This document shows positions 12,280 to 25,910 of a DNA stretch of 64,000 nt, one piece after another (the stretch's first letter is position 1; the number at the start of each line of letters is the position of its first letter). Source of the stretch: Octopus vulgaris (Eukaryota); contig OX597814.1 of assembly GCA_951406725.2 (NCBI GenBank), positions 136,214,001-136,278,000 on the forward strand, written 5' to 3'. Position numbers and translations under genes: made by a program. The notes below the pieces were generated by a model. It was not told the DNA's origin, did not search any database, and saw only the letters and a list, made by a program, of their open reading frames with translations.

Positions 12280-13870
12280 TTCATCCTTGATGCTTTAGAT
12301 GAAATGAAACCATTCTCTTTGTTATACTGAAATTCCTTCGATAATAATTCCACGAGACCAGGAAAACTGGCAGAACAACTCAAAAGCGTACGTCCAGAGC
12401 ATTTTAAAAATCTGTAATCCTTTACTTATTTCAGTCATTAGACTGCGGTCATGCAGCGGAACCGCCTTGGAGAATTTTTAGTCGAACGAATCGATCCCAG
12501 TACTTATTATTTTGTTAAGCCTGGAACTTATTCTATTGATCTCTTTTGCCGAACCGCTAAGTTACGGGGACGTAAATACACCAGCACCGGTTGTCAAGAG
12601 GTGGTTGTGGTAGGGGTCAAACACAGACACATACATGCACTCACACGCACACACAGACACAGACATATATATACGACGGGCTTCTTTCAGTTTCCGTCAA
12701 CCAAATTCTCTCATAAGGCTTTGGTCGGCCCGAAGCTATGGCAGAAGACACTTGCCTAAAGTGCCATGAAGTGGGACTGAACCCGGAACCATGTGGTTGG
12801 GAAGCAAGAAATTTCAAAGCCACAAAGCATCAAGTATGAGAACAATCTGCATGTTAATTATTTACATGGTTTTCTTATCGCTAATAAACGTCGAACACAC
12901 GCCAACCGCAAAGAGTGACGGTACTAGACATTGAAACATATGTCAAGGCGATGCAAAGCAACAAAAGAGCTGATCGAGAACTTGCCACCTTTCCTTTGAG
13001 CAATGGCACTTTTCATAACCGTATTAATGAAATTGTAGACGCTGATGTTGTTAAGACAGTTCACTGCAATTCTCCAACATACTAAAGCGTTATTTACACG
13101 GTTTTCTTTTCATTAAGATATCTCGAACACACGCCGGTGGTGAAGACACACTTCACTGCAATTCTCCAACTAAATTTTGGGAGGGCGCACGTTAAGCGTT
13201 ATTTACACGGTTTTCTTGTCGCTGAGAAATCTCGAACACATGCCCATGGTGAAGATACAATTCACTGCAATTCTCCAACAAACTAAATTTTGCGATCCCT
13301 CCGCGAAACAACAGCCAGTGAACACCGCTCTTCTTATGCAAGGACCGGTCACAACTCAACATTCATAGAAGACATGTTATTTTGTGAGTCTTTGAAAACC
13401 ACCACCACTAAGCAATCGTTCTATAACGTGGTACAGAAGCACTGACAAATAATAATATTCCAGTAAGTAAATTGTGTTCATTATTGTAGATGGTGCGACA
13501 GCAATGATTGGACATCATATGGGAATATTGAATTTCTTGAATGATGCTAATCCTGATATGACAAAATGTTCTCTATATCATTCACACAGAAAGTTTGGCA
13601 GCTGCTAGGTTTAGAGCTATGTTGAATAATGAAATGGTAAATCTAATAAAAACTTACCTAAAAGACTGGAAGACTATACAAAGAATTCTGTAATGACGTG
13701 AATGAAAAGTTTATGAGACTTATCTTCTTCTGCACCCATGGATGATTCCTATCAAAAGGCAATGATTTGAAAAAGCTTACTGCCTTGTATGATACTCTGT
13801 CGGAATTGTGTAGAAATCGTAAGTACTTCTAGTTTGTGGAATCCAGTGTCACCAAAGTTTTGGTTCTATA
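12280..13870 (+). pseudogene. hAT (Charlie/SCAND3/ZBED8-like) transposase relic interrupted by a SINE
   Basis: Motifs NSTRPGKLAEQLKSVRPEH (~12345-12402), PLSNGT..RINEI (~12995), EDMLFCESLKTTTT (~13370), DGATAMIG (~13490), LSKGN (~13750). A SINE A copy occupies 12420-12815. Confidence 0.8.
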
Positions 13871-14236
13871 AACCTTCATCCTTTCCATGTATCATTTACT
13901 TGTTTTTGTCATTGGAATGCGGCCGTGCTGGGGCACTGCCTTGAAGGGTTTAGTCAAACAAATCGACGCCATAACTCATTTTTTTTAATAGTCTGGTACT
14001 TATTATATCGAACGCTTTTGCCGAACTGCTAATTTACGGAGACGTAAACAAACAACACCGATTAGCAAGCGGTGGTGGAGGACAAACACAAACACACAAA
14101 CACACGTACATACATACATTACACGTGTGTGTGTTTGTGTGTCTGTGGGATGCAGGCGCGCGTATGTGTGTGTGTGTGGGGCGATCAAACCTAAGTAACT
14201 GGATTTGGTACACGGAAACTGAAAGATGTCTGTCGT

Positions 14237-16676
14237 AAGATTTTATCAAGAGTTTAATGATAATAAAAAGAGTGAAGGATTAATCCCTGATACTGATGAA
14301 AGTCGACTTTTCAGGGATAAGATATGGAGTAAGCAAGAGCAACATAATACTACAGCTGAAGGGCTCTGCAGCCTGAAGCAAACAGTATTTTATCCCCAGC
14401 AAGAAGGTATCCATTTCACAGAAGACAGTATCAGAAATATGAATAAAAAGATAAGTAATTGGAAGAAAGCAGGACCTGATGGTGTACAGGGATCTTGGAT
14501 AAAAAAGTTCAATAGTTGCCATAAATTGATCGCAGAACAATTTAATGCATTCACCAATGGAGAAGAAGAAAGACCAGGCTGGTTGACAAAAGGACAAAGG
14601 GAGTTTGTGCTTGAAGGATGCTGCTGACAATTATAGACCAATTTTCTGCCTCCCATTAATGTGGAAGTTACTGTCAGGAGGAATTGCAGAAGAACTGTAT
14701 AAATTTCTTGATGAGAACGATATATTACCGACAGATCAAAAAGGCTGTAGTAGGAGAGATGTAAAGGTACCAAAGAACAACTGTTGATAGACAAAATGGT
14801 AATGCAAGCTTGTAAACGAAGGAGAATAAATCTGGGAATGGCCTCGATTGACTATCGCAAAGCTTATGATATGATTCCACATTCGTGGATCATCAAGTGC
14901 ATCATTCTGTTTGGAATTGCGAGGAATGTAACGTGTTTCTTGAAGAGAAGTATGGTGGGATTGAAAACTGAACTGACATCTTACGGAAAAAAACATGGGT
15001 ACCCTGGGTATCAGAAGAGGGATTTTCCAGGGTGATATCCTATATCCGTTGCTTTTTGTTCTCTGCATGATACCTCTGACCTTGGTACTTAGAAAAATGA
15101 ACCTGGGGTACCAACTAAAGGAAAAATCCCAAACAATCAGCCACCCCCTCTTCATGGATGATTTGAAACTATATGGTAAAGAGGAGACACAAGTGAGTTC
15201 CTTGGTGAACACGGTCCGCTGTGTTAGTACTGATATTAGAATGGTATTTGAACTCAAGAAGTGCAGAATAATTTACTTAAAAAGAAAGGTGCAGTCTCTA
15301 GCAGGGATAGAATTACCGAATAGAGACTTGATTAAACAAATTGAAATGGAAGGATACAAATACCTCGGTGTACTAGTGTTCAACGAGATGGAAAAGGAAT
15401 TAAAAGAGCAACTGAGAATGGAATATTTCCAAAGATTGATGTTGGTGTAGCGCTCAAAATTGACTGGGTGGAATAAAATCAAAGCAGTTAATACGTGGGT
15501 GATAGTATCACTTCGGTATGGAGCGGGAATTATAAAATGGCAAATTAGAGAAGTGAAAAAATGTATACCAAGAGCAGAAATATGTTGACAGTAGATGGAG
15601 CCTTCCACCCTAAAAGTGACACTGATAGGCTGTACTTGTCTAAAAGAAAGGGTGGGAGAAGTTTGATGAGTTGCCAGGATTGCATCGAAGCAGAGGAAAA
15701 CAGCTTAGGGTAGTATATAAAAAATGCCGTGGAGCTACTGTTGAAACACACGAAGAAGGTCGGCGTCATCAAAATTGAAAATTGTGTAACGAAAGAAAAA
15801 TTTAAACGAAAAATGAACAAAAAACAAAACAAAACACGAAGACGCATGGAAAGAAAAGAAAATGAACGGTCAGTTTGCAAGAGATGTGAACGCCAAGACA
15901 GATACAGAGGACCTGTGGCTACGGATGAGGAGAAGTGACCTGAAGATAGACAGAAGCACTCATATGCGCAGCTCAGGAACAGGCGTTAAGGACCAACTGT
16001 ATGAAGTACAGAATAGACAACACTACCGATAGCGACAAACGCAGAATGTGTAGCGAGAGGGACGAAACGGTATGGCACATCGTTAGTGAATGCTCAAAAT
16101 TGGCACAACGCGAATACAATGTGACAAGAACGATCCATTGGGAGCTCTGTGGAAATCACAGCCTACAAAGAGCAAAGACGTGATATCAGCAAACCCCAGA
16201 AGGAGTCACCGTAAATGAAGATGGCAAAATCCTGTGGGAAGCAATGATCCAGTGCGATCACCCGACCAGACATCGGAAACCAGACATTGTTGTGGTGAAT
16301 AAAAAAAGAAAGAACATATATGGTAATCAACATAGGCATGCCCAGGTGACAACAGGATCAATGTGAAAGAAGAAAAAATAAATAACTATGACGATTTGAA
16401 GTGGGAAATACGAAGGTTGCGGTAAATGAAGAGAGTAGACGTGATACTAATAGTAACTGGTGCACTTCGAAGTATCAACACTCAGCTACCAACATGGCTG
16501 AAAAAGATTGGTGCAAGTGTGAAGGTAGAAAATCTACAAAAATCAGCATTACTTGGAACTGTAAGAATTCTTCGCAGGGTTCTTGAAGCATGACCAGTAA
16601 ACAATTGTCACCTTAGTCTGCTGGCTGTGGACAGCTGACACTTTCCATCATACCCAGCAAAATAAGCTGAGTTTTC

Positions 16677-16680
<4 letters not shown>
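14237..16680 (+). mobile_element. 5'-truncated R4/Dong-type RLE non-LTR retrotransposon (copy A), frameshifted
   Basis: RT motifs WKKAGPDGV, NYRPI, IDYRKAYD, RGIFQGD, LFMDDLKL and YKYLG. CCHC knuckle CSERDETVWHIVSEC, RLE motif KPDIVV (~16278), C-terminal QKSALLGTVRILRRVL. Followed by (AAT)n at 16678-16740. Confidence 0.92.
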
Positions 16681-16741
<61 letters not shown>

Positions 16742-16756
16742 GTGGTGATGATGATA

Positions 16757-18808
16757 ATCCATGGATGGAATTTATAAACATTTAATGCATCGCTACGCAC
16801 CTATCCACAAATCACTTGTCTCCCAAGATCACAGTCCGTATTCCTGGGATGACTACAGTGTAGCCCGTAGTATCCGTGGTGTTAGGAAATTATAAATTAT
16901 AAATTATAGTGTTAAGTTAAAGAGATAAACAGTTTTTCATGCTACACGGTAAGGTAAGGGTGGAGTCCGGTTGTCAAAATGGGGGAAGCTATAGTTATTA
17001 GCCAAAAACTGTGAAACTATGACAAATTGGCTAGACACTGGCAAACTTTATAAACAGAGATAATTTTACCCCACCCAGTTTTTTGCAACAGTTTATTCTG
17101 AAAGCTATGATTACCTGTTTAGTTTATGCACTTTGTGCTTTGTGTTAGGCCTTTATGGATTTATTTTATGCTCCAGGAATTCGCCAGAACTTTTGTCAGA
17201 TTTTAAATAATTTCTGTGTCACATTTGGGTGTGTACAAAAAATCTCTTATGTTATGTTATAATATTTATGTGAATTTGGAACCCTGCATTTGTGGCAGGT
17301 AGTGTAGTAACTTTGCTAGCTATTTTCTGTTAAGACAAAAGTTAAAATTTGTATAAAGTGCTAAAGAGTGTATGAATTTAAATTTTTTATGTAGCCAATT
17401 TTTGTATTAGACAACTAACAGTAAATTTTGTCTAATGGTTACTCAGCATGCTTGTATGAAGCAGTTTTGTGTGAATTTAAAGCAAACTAGCTTTTTATTT
17501 GACTACTAGCAGTATCGCCCGGAATTGCTCAGGTTTGTAAGGGAAATAACTATAAAGCATTTTTAGAGAGTTATAGCCAAAAAATAGCAAAAAAATGGAA
17601 AAAAATGATGGTAAATTTTCTTTTGATAGTTAAAAAAGGTGGAGTTGCGTCCCCTACACAGTTTGTGGTTTGTGTTCTTGATTCTCGACCCCATGTCGAA
17701 TTTATCGATTTTTTTCAGAACTGGGGGAACTTTTCAAAATTTTCGCTGCGTTAGTTTTGAATTATGACATTGGGCTATGTGTGTGTCAAGTTTCATCAGA
17801 ATCGGTTGAAAGCCGTGGTCAGGGTGAGGGTACAAGCAAACAGACACACAGAAACACGCACAGACAAACTGCCGTTTATATAGAGAGAGATTTAATTTTT
17901 TAGCTATAATTATTGATGTAGTCTGGCAGCCGTTTTGTGTCATGAACTTTTAGTTTAAATGGTTGCTTTGACATTAGATTTAATTATGTTTAGGTCCAAG
18001 GTTCGAAATCCAAGGTTGAACACCGAATTGATAGAAGACAGATTTTATGACATTCCAGGTTCGAAATCCACTGTTCGAAATCTGAGGTTCGAAAACCGAA
18101 TTTGTACTAAAATGGAAATCCAGATTTTATGAAATTCAAATTTTTGGAATGCATATTTTTGAAAAACCATATTTGTGACACCAGGTTGTGTGAGGCCAAT
18201 TTTGGTGAAACCAAGAACCGGGAATCGGAACCCGAATTCTGAACTGCATATATATGTTACCTTTGTAAATATTTTGATTGCACATCTGGTGTAGCATTTG
18301 CTCTTTGTTCGTATATATATTTGTTTGTATATAACCTGTTTTTTTTTAATGTTGGCTATTGTAAATAATATTTTAGAAAAGTATCATGGTCTGTTGTTGT
18401 TTTGGGTTCACTCTATCCTCGATGATTCTGTAAATTCGGGTTTATGGTCACCAGGTCGTAACAGTGGGCATCGGATAGATCATCTTCATGGGTTTATTTA
18501 TTCAAGCAAGATAACATTAATGGATGTTTAACTGGGGTTTTTAAAATCTTTTTTAATCAGTGCGAAGGATGGTTATAACTCAACCAACCATCGCACCGGT
18601 CAAAAGGGATAAACATCCCTCTGATAAACTTCCATTAATGTTATATTGCCCGAAGAAATAAACTCATGAAAATGATCTACCCGATGCCCACGGATACTAC
18701 GGGCTACTGTAATCATCCCAGGAATACGGAATGTGATTTTGGGAGGCAAGTGATTTGTGGATACGCGCGTAGCGATGCATTAAATGTTTATAAATTCCAT
18801 CTAAGGAT
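16757..18808. mobile_element. Non-autonomous DNA transposon, ~2.05 kb, ~125-bp TIRs, probable TA TSD
   Basis: 16757-16880 (atccatggatggaatttataaacatttaatgcatcgctacgc..) is the reverse complement of 18689-18808. TA lies on both flanks. No transposase ORF seen inside. Confidence 0.85.
17505..17891 (+). mobile_element. Lep1/HINE-like non-autonomous rolling-circle (Helitron-type) element nested in the TIR element
   Basis: 5' end actagcagtatcgcccgg..gctcagg. 3' end gtgtcaagtttcatcagaatcggttgaaagccgt, then an (AC)-rich tract, then aaactgccgtttatata. This architecture is recalled from Lep1/DINE-1-type elements. Confidence 0.6.
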
Positions 18809-20607
18809 TATTATTATTATTACTATATTTATCCTACATTGTATCGGTACAGCTCAATGCAACTCCAAAAACTGGTTCACTAGTTAGCATCATTAGACTG
18901 TGACCAACATAGTGGAACAGGAGTTTTATTTGCATATTCAAAACGTTTCCCGAAAACAAATTTAAATTCCTCTAGGAATGTGAAGACGCAGGCTGGAAAG
19001 CGGAACATTTTCCAATCGAAGTCGGATGTAGAGGTTTCGTTGGACACAGTGTGAGACGACTGTTGTTATCGCTAGGCCTAACTCATCGTAAAGTCAATAC
19101 CACCATGACTGATATCCAACCTACAGTAGAAAAGGCTAGCCACTGGATTTGGTTAAAAAGAGACGATGAGCGATGGCTAGAAGGATATTGAGCTTAACTT
19201 CATAACCAGCTGATCTAGCAAGCGGGGCCTCATATCAGTGAGGGGGACCGGTGCGCATTGATGCCGTCGAGAGGTAGGCCCCGAAACGGCGCGCATTCTC
19301 TCCTGATGACCCCATACATTTGCTGGCTTCCGGTATACGGAGCGTTTGACTGGTAGCACTTGCATGTGCAAGTTGTTTGCAAGACATCTATATAAATAAA
19401 TAAATAAATGTGTGTGTGTGTGTGTGTGTGTGTGTGAGTGTGTATGTGGCTTTGCCTTTGTGCTTGTTCCTCGTAAAAACATAAGAACGAAAAATATTAC
19501 TAGAATGCCATTCAAATTCACCGCTTGACAACCATTCTTGTTTTGCTTATGTATTTGTGAGTTAGCAGTTCCGCAAAAGTGACTGATAGAATAAGTACCA
19601 GTTTTAATAATAAAAAAAAAGTAATGTGGTCGATTTGTTCGACTAAACCCTTGAAGGAGGTGCCCCAGCATGGCTGCAGTCTAATGACTGAAACAAATAA
19701 AAGCGAAGAGATAAATACCTCTCTAACGTTCATGATGACCTGAACGACATATATGTATTGATGCGAAACTGAAAAACTTCTTTTTAACTGCCGAGCCATT
19801 TTTCTTTAACTCCTTAACTAAAACGATTCAATGAACTAATTGGTGGACATGCAAAATGATGGCATGAAACCGACCTATATAAGAAACCAACACTTTATAT
19901 GACTGAATCCTCAACTTGGTGCTTAATAAAACAAATTAGCTACATAGACTAAGCACATGATTTCGCGCTTTCTAAAATGTTATTTCAGTGTTGTTACGGA
20001 TATGTTGGCTGTATAAAGACGACGCCTTAACCTATGAAAACAAATATGATTTGGTGCAAAACAACGTGGATTTGTTCTTCAGTTTTTGAGTCGTTTTTTA
20101 ACACAGGCTAAAAGGGCCATAAAATCAAATGGCAGTTTTGTGTTAAGCTTTCGTTACTGCGTATTTTATTTTTGTTTTTTGATGACACTTATTAAATTAC
20201 TTTTGGCCTTCCCGACAGCATATTTAACGTATTTGGGAATTAAATCAAATGGAGGTTTTGTGGTATTTTAAAAGAAGAATTTCCTTTCTCATTTGACTGA
20301 AATGTAGTAAAGAAATTTAGTTTTTATAAATTGTTTTAATAATTATTCCCGTAAAATCATAATGATGAATAAATTAGTAGATAGTAATTCAAAACAGTAG
20401 AAAAACTGAGAAAATTTGGGATCACAAAGAACGGAATGTGATGTGAGACCCTTGAGGACCCCTGCAATCCATGATATAGTACTGGACACACCAATATAGA
20501 TGGGACGTTTTTGATCCAAGGACCAGTTCAGTCAGAGCCACTTTAGGATGTAACAGCAACAACATTATGAACAAGTGCAACAACAATGATAGCAGCAGCA
20601 GCAGTGG

Positions 20608-20965
20608 ATGTGCAATGGCCCAATGGTTAGGGCAGTGGACTCGCGGTCGGAGGATCGCAGTTTCGATTCCCAGACCGGGCGTTGTGTGTGTTTATTGAGC
20701 GAAAATACCTAAAGCTCCACGAGGCTCCGGCAGGTGTGATGGCGACCCCTGTTGTACTCTTTCGCTCCAATTTTCTCTCACTCTTTCTTCCTGTTTCTTG
20801 TCCCTGACTTCCTACGCAACCGCTGAGCCTGGATGCGCATTCATCCATCTATCGATGCTCTCGGTGTCGGGGGTTGACCTGCTTTCTCTTGTGCGGGTCT
20901 TACGAATCGCAAAGGACCACGTTTCGGACTTCTCCCACTGGGACGAAGAGCGCTTCGCTCAACAA
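20608..20965 (+). mobile_element. tRNA-derived SINE family C, tail type 1
   Basis: Head tggcccaatggttagggcagtggactcgcggtc..gtttcgattccc carries A/B boxes. Ends in (AAAC)n. Confidence 0.85.
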
Positions 20966-22097
20966 ACAAACAAACAAACAAGCAGCAGCAGCAACAACAA
21001 CAACAACAACAACAACAGCTGAAGCAAGAATAATAACAACAGTATTAACAACAACAACAACAATGACAATAACAACACCAGAAACCATAATAGCAACAAC
21101 AACAACAACAGTAACAACAGCAACTAGATCCCTAGATATTTTAAACTCTACTGATTCATGAGTGTTGAAAAGTTAAATTTATATAAAAAAATATATGCTA
21201 CACAAAAATTTCAACTATTTCTAAGTTGAAATTTGTGAATTTTTAATTTATTTTCTCGTGTCTTTCTCACTCTTTTTCACTATTGTTGTTTCACTCCCTC
21301 TCCTTTTTTTTTCTATTTTCATTCCCCTCCCCTCTCTCTCTCTCCTTTCATCAACTTTCTAACTGCAATTCATCTCCTCTCTCTTCATGTCTCTCTGTCT
21401 TTCATATTCTCACGTATTCGCCAAATGTTACTTCTGTCTCTTTCTCTCTCATTGTCTCCCCCCTTTCTCTCTCTTCTCATTTCTCTTCACACTTCTTCGA
21501 TTCTTTTCCATTACCATCCACTCTTCTCTTCTAAATCTGCCACCTTTCCACATACATGTCCCACCCTATGTTTTACTTTCGCCTAATGTCAATAATATTT
21601 CTATTAAAGAATTTATAAGTAAAATATTGATCATAAGTGGAATTAGACTATTGAGTCTAACATCATTGTTGCTGTTTAACTTCAAACCAGCTCTGCCTGA
21701 GCAGACTTGCAATCAAAAGCATTCCTGCCATGACCATTTCGTCTTTTTTCCCTGTACAGGAAACCCAGCTCTCTCTTTACGGATAGACCATAACATTTCT
21801 GGTTCTCTCTGTCAGTGAGTAGTTGTTTTTAAAAAATCCCATTTTCATGCAGTAAAAATTCTGTCGACCTCGGTAGAATTTGAACACAGAGCGCAAAGTC
21901 AGGCCAAATGACACCAAACAATCTTCCCGGCGAGATAACGATTCCGCTATCTCGCTGCCTTCATGATGATGATGATGATGATGATGATGAGTGAATTTGC
22001 GTGTGTAATCTGGGAATGCATATGGAAAACACTCGGGGCGAGAAACGGAAGAAAATTTGAAGAAAGAAGGAAAAACATCATAATAATATTAATAATA

Positions 22098-22154
<57 letters not shown>

Positions 22155-22155
<1 letters not shown>

Positions 22156-22548
22156 GGAAGCTAGACATAGTCTTAATTGAGAAAGAAAACAACCTGTGCC
22201 GGATCATAGATATAGCATGCCCAGCTGACAACAAGGTATGCGATAAGCAAGAAAGAAAAGTCGAGAGATATGACAGGTTAGCCTGGGAAGTTAAGCAGTT
22301 GTGGTCGAGGAAAAAGGTAGCAGTAGTAGCAATAATTGTCGGAGCCCTGGGAACAGTGAGCAAAATCTCGAAGTGCGTGGAACAAATAAGGGCTGCAATA
22401 AGGGTGGAGCACTTGCAGAAAACGGCACTGCTTGGAACCGCCCGAATACTCCGGAAGGTGCTCGAAAAATAAGAGGTGTTACCTTAGTTCACTAGTAGTG
22501 AACAGCTGACACTGCGATACATCTCCAGCGTTAGAAGCTGTGCAAAGG
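22155..22548 (+). mobile_element. R4/Dong RLE retrotransposon 3' fragment (copy B)
   Basis: RKLDIVLIEK..IIDIACPAD..KVERY..IIVGALG..QKTALLGTARILRKVL. Flanked by (AAT)n upstream and (CTA)n(ATA)n downstream. Confidence 0.9.
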
Positions 22549-22642
<94 letters not shown>

Positions 22643-25600
22643 TCTATCCAAAAACATCAGGCATAAAGACAACAAATGGAGTTTAAAATAACTGACAAGG
22701 TGTCGGACTATCAACACTTTCCTCTGTATGAGAGTAATGAATAATAGAATTAACACAAACAACGGCGTAGATGAGGACGGAACTACAGGTGACAGACTTT
22801 GGCCCTGAAGGTGCCCTGTGGGTGAGAAGCAAATGGACTAAGACAATTAATATAACTGTCATGGAATGTAATTTTTAAGCAAACCCACTGGTAATGAAGG
22901 GAGACCCATAAGAGGATATAAAAAGAGGATGCATAACATATGGATGGAGAAGTAGGGCTCAGATATTACGGAACAGAGACTCTGTGACAAGGTAAGAGCA
23001 ATAAGGAAGAAAAGCTGGCTAACAATACTAGAGCTCGATGAGATTAGGAGGAGGGTGATGACCGAAAACACAAGGAGTGAAACAGAAGTAGATACAGGGA
23101 ATGCTGACGGTGCTGCACTTAATGAGAGTAAGCGGGAGAACTATAATGTCTCAAGCCCTGAGTGTAGAGAAGGACTAAATAATGAAGACAAAAAAAAAAA
23201 AAAAGATCGAAGACATTACTAGTATCATTGAGGAAAACCTGGATATGGAAATAAATGGATTCAGGAAAGTAGATAGAAATTTGCTCAGTGGGTGGACCCT
23301 TAAGGTGAATAAAATACTGAAAGAAATCAAGACAAATGATACAAACGGAACGAATAGATTGATTAAAGCCTGCATCATCTATATAGGAAATAAAGTAGGC
23401 CTCAAACCAAACTTTGGCGGGAAAGGAAAAAAACGAACTACGAAAATGTATCAACATCTTGGGAAAAAAAAAAGTGAAATCATGCGGGAGAAAAAATATC
23501 AGGAACTAGAACGTAGATATAGGATAAAGAAAAAGGGGCTAAATGTAGTTCTTGAAGAGCTGAAACAAAGATTATAGGCTAAAGCGACAAAGATCAAGAG
23601 ATATGACCAAAGAATTGAACAATGTAAAATCAACAGATTGTACCAACAAGACTAGAAAAGGGTTTATCAACACCTGAATGGAAAGGTTAACAGCAATGAG
23701 AGATCAGACGCTGAAGAAAGTAAAAGGTTTTGGAGTAACATCTGTGATAATGGAGGAAAGCATAGCAAAGATGCTAAATGGTTGAAGTAATTAAGGTCGG
23801 AAAAATGGGGAAGCACTCCGTCGGTTACGACGATGAGGGTTCCGGTTGATCCGAATGAACGGAACAGCCTGCTCGTGAAATTAACGTGTAAGTGGCTGAG
23901 CACTCCACAGACACGTGCACCCTCAACGTAGTTCTCGGGGATATTCAGCGTGACACAGAGAGTGACAAGACCGGCCCCTTGAAATACAGGTACAACAGAA
24001 ACAGGAAGTAAGAGTGAGAGAAAGTTGTGGTGAAAGAGTACAGCAGGGATCACCACCATCCTCTGCCGGAGCCTCGGGGAGCTTTTAGGTGTTTTCGCTC
24101 AATAATCACTCACAACGCCCGGTCTGGGAATCGAAACCGCAATCCTATGACCGCGAGTCCGCTGCCCTAACCACTGGGCCATTGCGCCTCCACGGTCGGG
24201 AAAATATGACGTGAAGCAGAGCAATATTAAAATAACGACTAAAATAGTAACCGAACAGACAAAGATACCAAGCTAGAAATGCCCAGGACCGGATGGGGTA
24301 CAAAAGGATATTGGCTGAAATATTTCCCAAGTACTACACAGAAGACTAGCCACACAAATGGATAAAATTATCAACAACGGTATGCAAATCCCAAAGTGGT
24401 TGACCACAAGTAAAACAATTCTTTGCCAAAAGGATCCCAGCAACGGCAACGTAGTGGATAATTACCAGCCTATCTCCTGTCTGCCCCTGATGTGCGAGCT
24501 GATGACAGGAATAATATCTCATTATGTGTATAACTTCCTGGAAATCAATGACAAACTGTCAGTGGAACAGATAGGTTGCAGAAGGAAAGCCGAACTACAA
24601 AAGACCAACTTCTGATAGACCGAATGGAACTGAACGACTGCAAGAAAAGACGTACTAATCTGGGTATGGCGTGGATCGATTGTAAGAAAGCGTATGTCAT
24701 GATGCCCCATTCTTGGATTTTAGAAAGTCTTGAGCTGGTACAGGTGTCTGATAACATATCAAATTTTATTAACTGATCGATGAAAAACTGGAAAACTTTT
24801 GGCGACGGTTAACATCAAGAGATGCATATTTCAAGAAGATAGCCTATCACCGTTGCTGTTTGTGATTTGCATGATAACCTTCACACAGTTACTACGGAAA
24901 GTGACACCTTGAAAAAAAAGTGGAGGAAGATTAAATCATGGATGATTCAAAGATTTTTGGAAAGACCGAACGTGAAATAAATGGCCTAGTTTCCACAGTG
25001 CAAATATTCAGTAATAATATCGGAATGGAATTTGGGACTGAAAAGTGTGGTATGCTTATAATACAAAGAGGCGAAGTAGTGTCGTCTGGTGGTGTTGAGT
25101 TACCCAACGGCGAGAAAATCAAGGATATTGAGACTAATGGATATAGATATCTCAGGATTTTAGAATACGACAAAATCAAGGAAAGTGAAATGAAGGAAAG
25201 CTTTAGGCGAGAATATCTCAGAAGAACCAAGTTAATTATGGGAAATAAACTCAATGGAAAAAACAAAATCAGGGCAATGAATACAAGGGCTGTTTCCTTA
25301 ATGCGATATGATGCAGGTGTTGCGAGGTGGACAAAGAACGAGCTTGAGGAAATGGATTGGAAAACTAGAAAAAGGTATGACAATTAACAAGGGACTACAC
25401 CACCTCAAAAGCGATACTGACAGAAACAGAGGTGGAAGCGGTCTCATAGGATGCAACATCTGTGTTGAAAACGAGAAGAACAGTATGGGATGGTTCATCA
25501 AACAGCAGAGTGAATACTTGCTTGCCGCTGTTAGAATTAACAATATAATACCCACCGAAAATGCGATGCACCTACAAACATTTAAGAAACGAGTTGAAGA

Positions 25601-25740
25601 AGAAAGAGTAAACAACTGGAAAAATGAAGCCACTGCATTGGCAATACCTCAGAGAAATCGAAGGAAAAACACGATTAACACTTGGAGATTGCTAAGAAGG
25701 ATGCACTGAGGCATTGATATGCAGCGCCCAGGAAAAGTTG
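22643..25740 (+). mobile_element. R4/Dong retrotransposon (copy C): N-terminus and RT present, RLE end missing
   Basis: N-terminal KWTK..VMEC..RGYKKRMHNIW..TEQRLCD..W. RT motifs [20 protein letters not shown]. Similarity ends at EALICSAQE (~25735). SINE inserted at 23810-24193. Confidence 0.88.
23810..24193 (-). mobile_element. tRNA-derived SINE family C, tail type 2, inserted in R4 copy C
   Basis: Same head as the 20608 copy. Flanked by an approximate TSD ggtcggaaaaat (23795) / ggtcgggaaaat (24194). Confidence 0.88.
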
Positions 25741-25910
25741 TGGTAACAACAAACAAGATGAGGACACATATCCGTCCAATGTAAATAATGTACAGAATTC
25801 CTCATCTCAAAAATATAGAACTTACGATCGTAATCCGAATACTCTAAGCACTAAACCATGCACCTTCACTAGGACCCTGACATAAACGTTGCAGGAAAGA
25901 CTAGACGGAT

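Noticed and set aside
19720-20030. Faint Tc1-like transposase fragments on the minus strand
   Set aside because: No catalytic motif or TIR could be identified; too weak to call.
20608-20680. tRNA-like sequences here and at ~11735, 24120-24193, 37290 and 59070-59140
   Set aside because: They have A/B boxes but continue into multi-copy SINE bodies and lack a clean acceptor stem, so they are SINE heads rather than tRNA genes.
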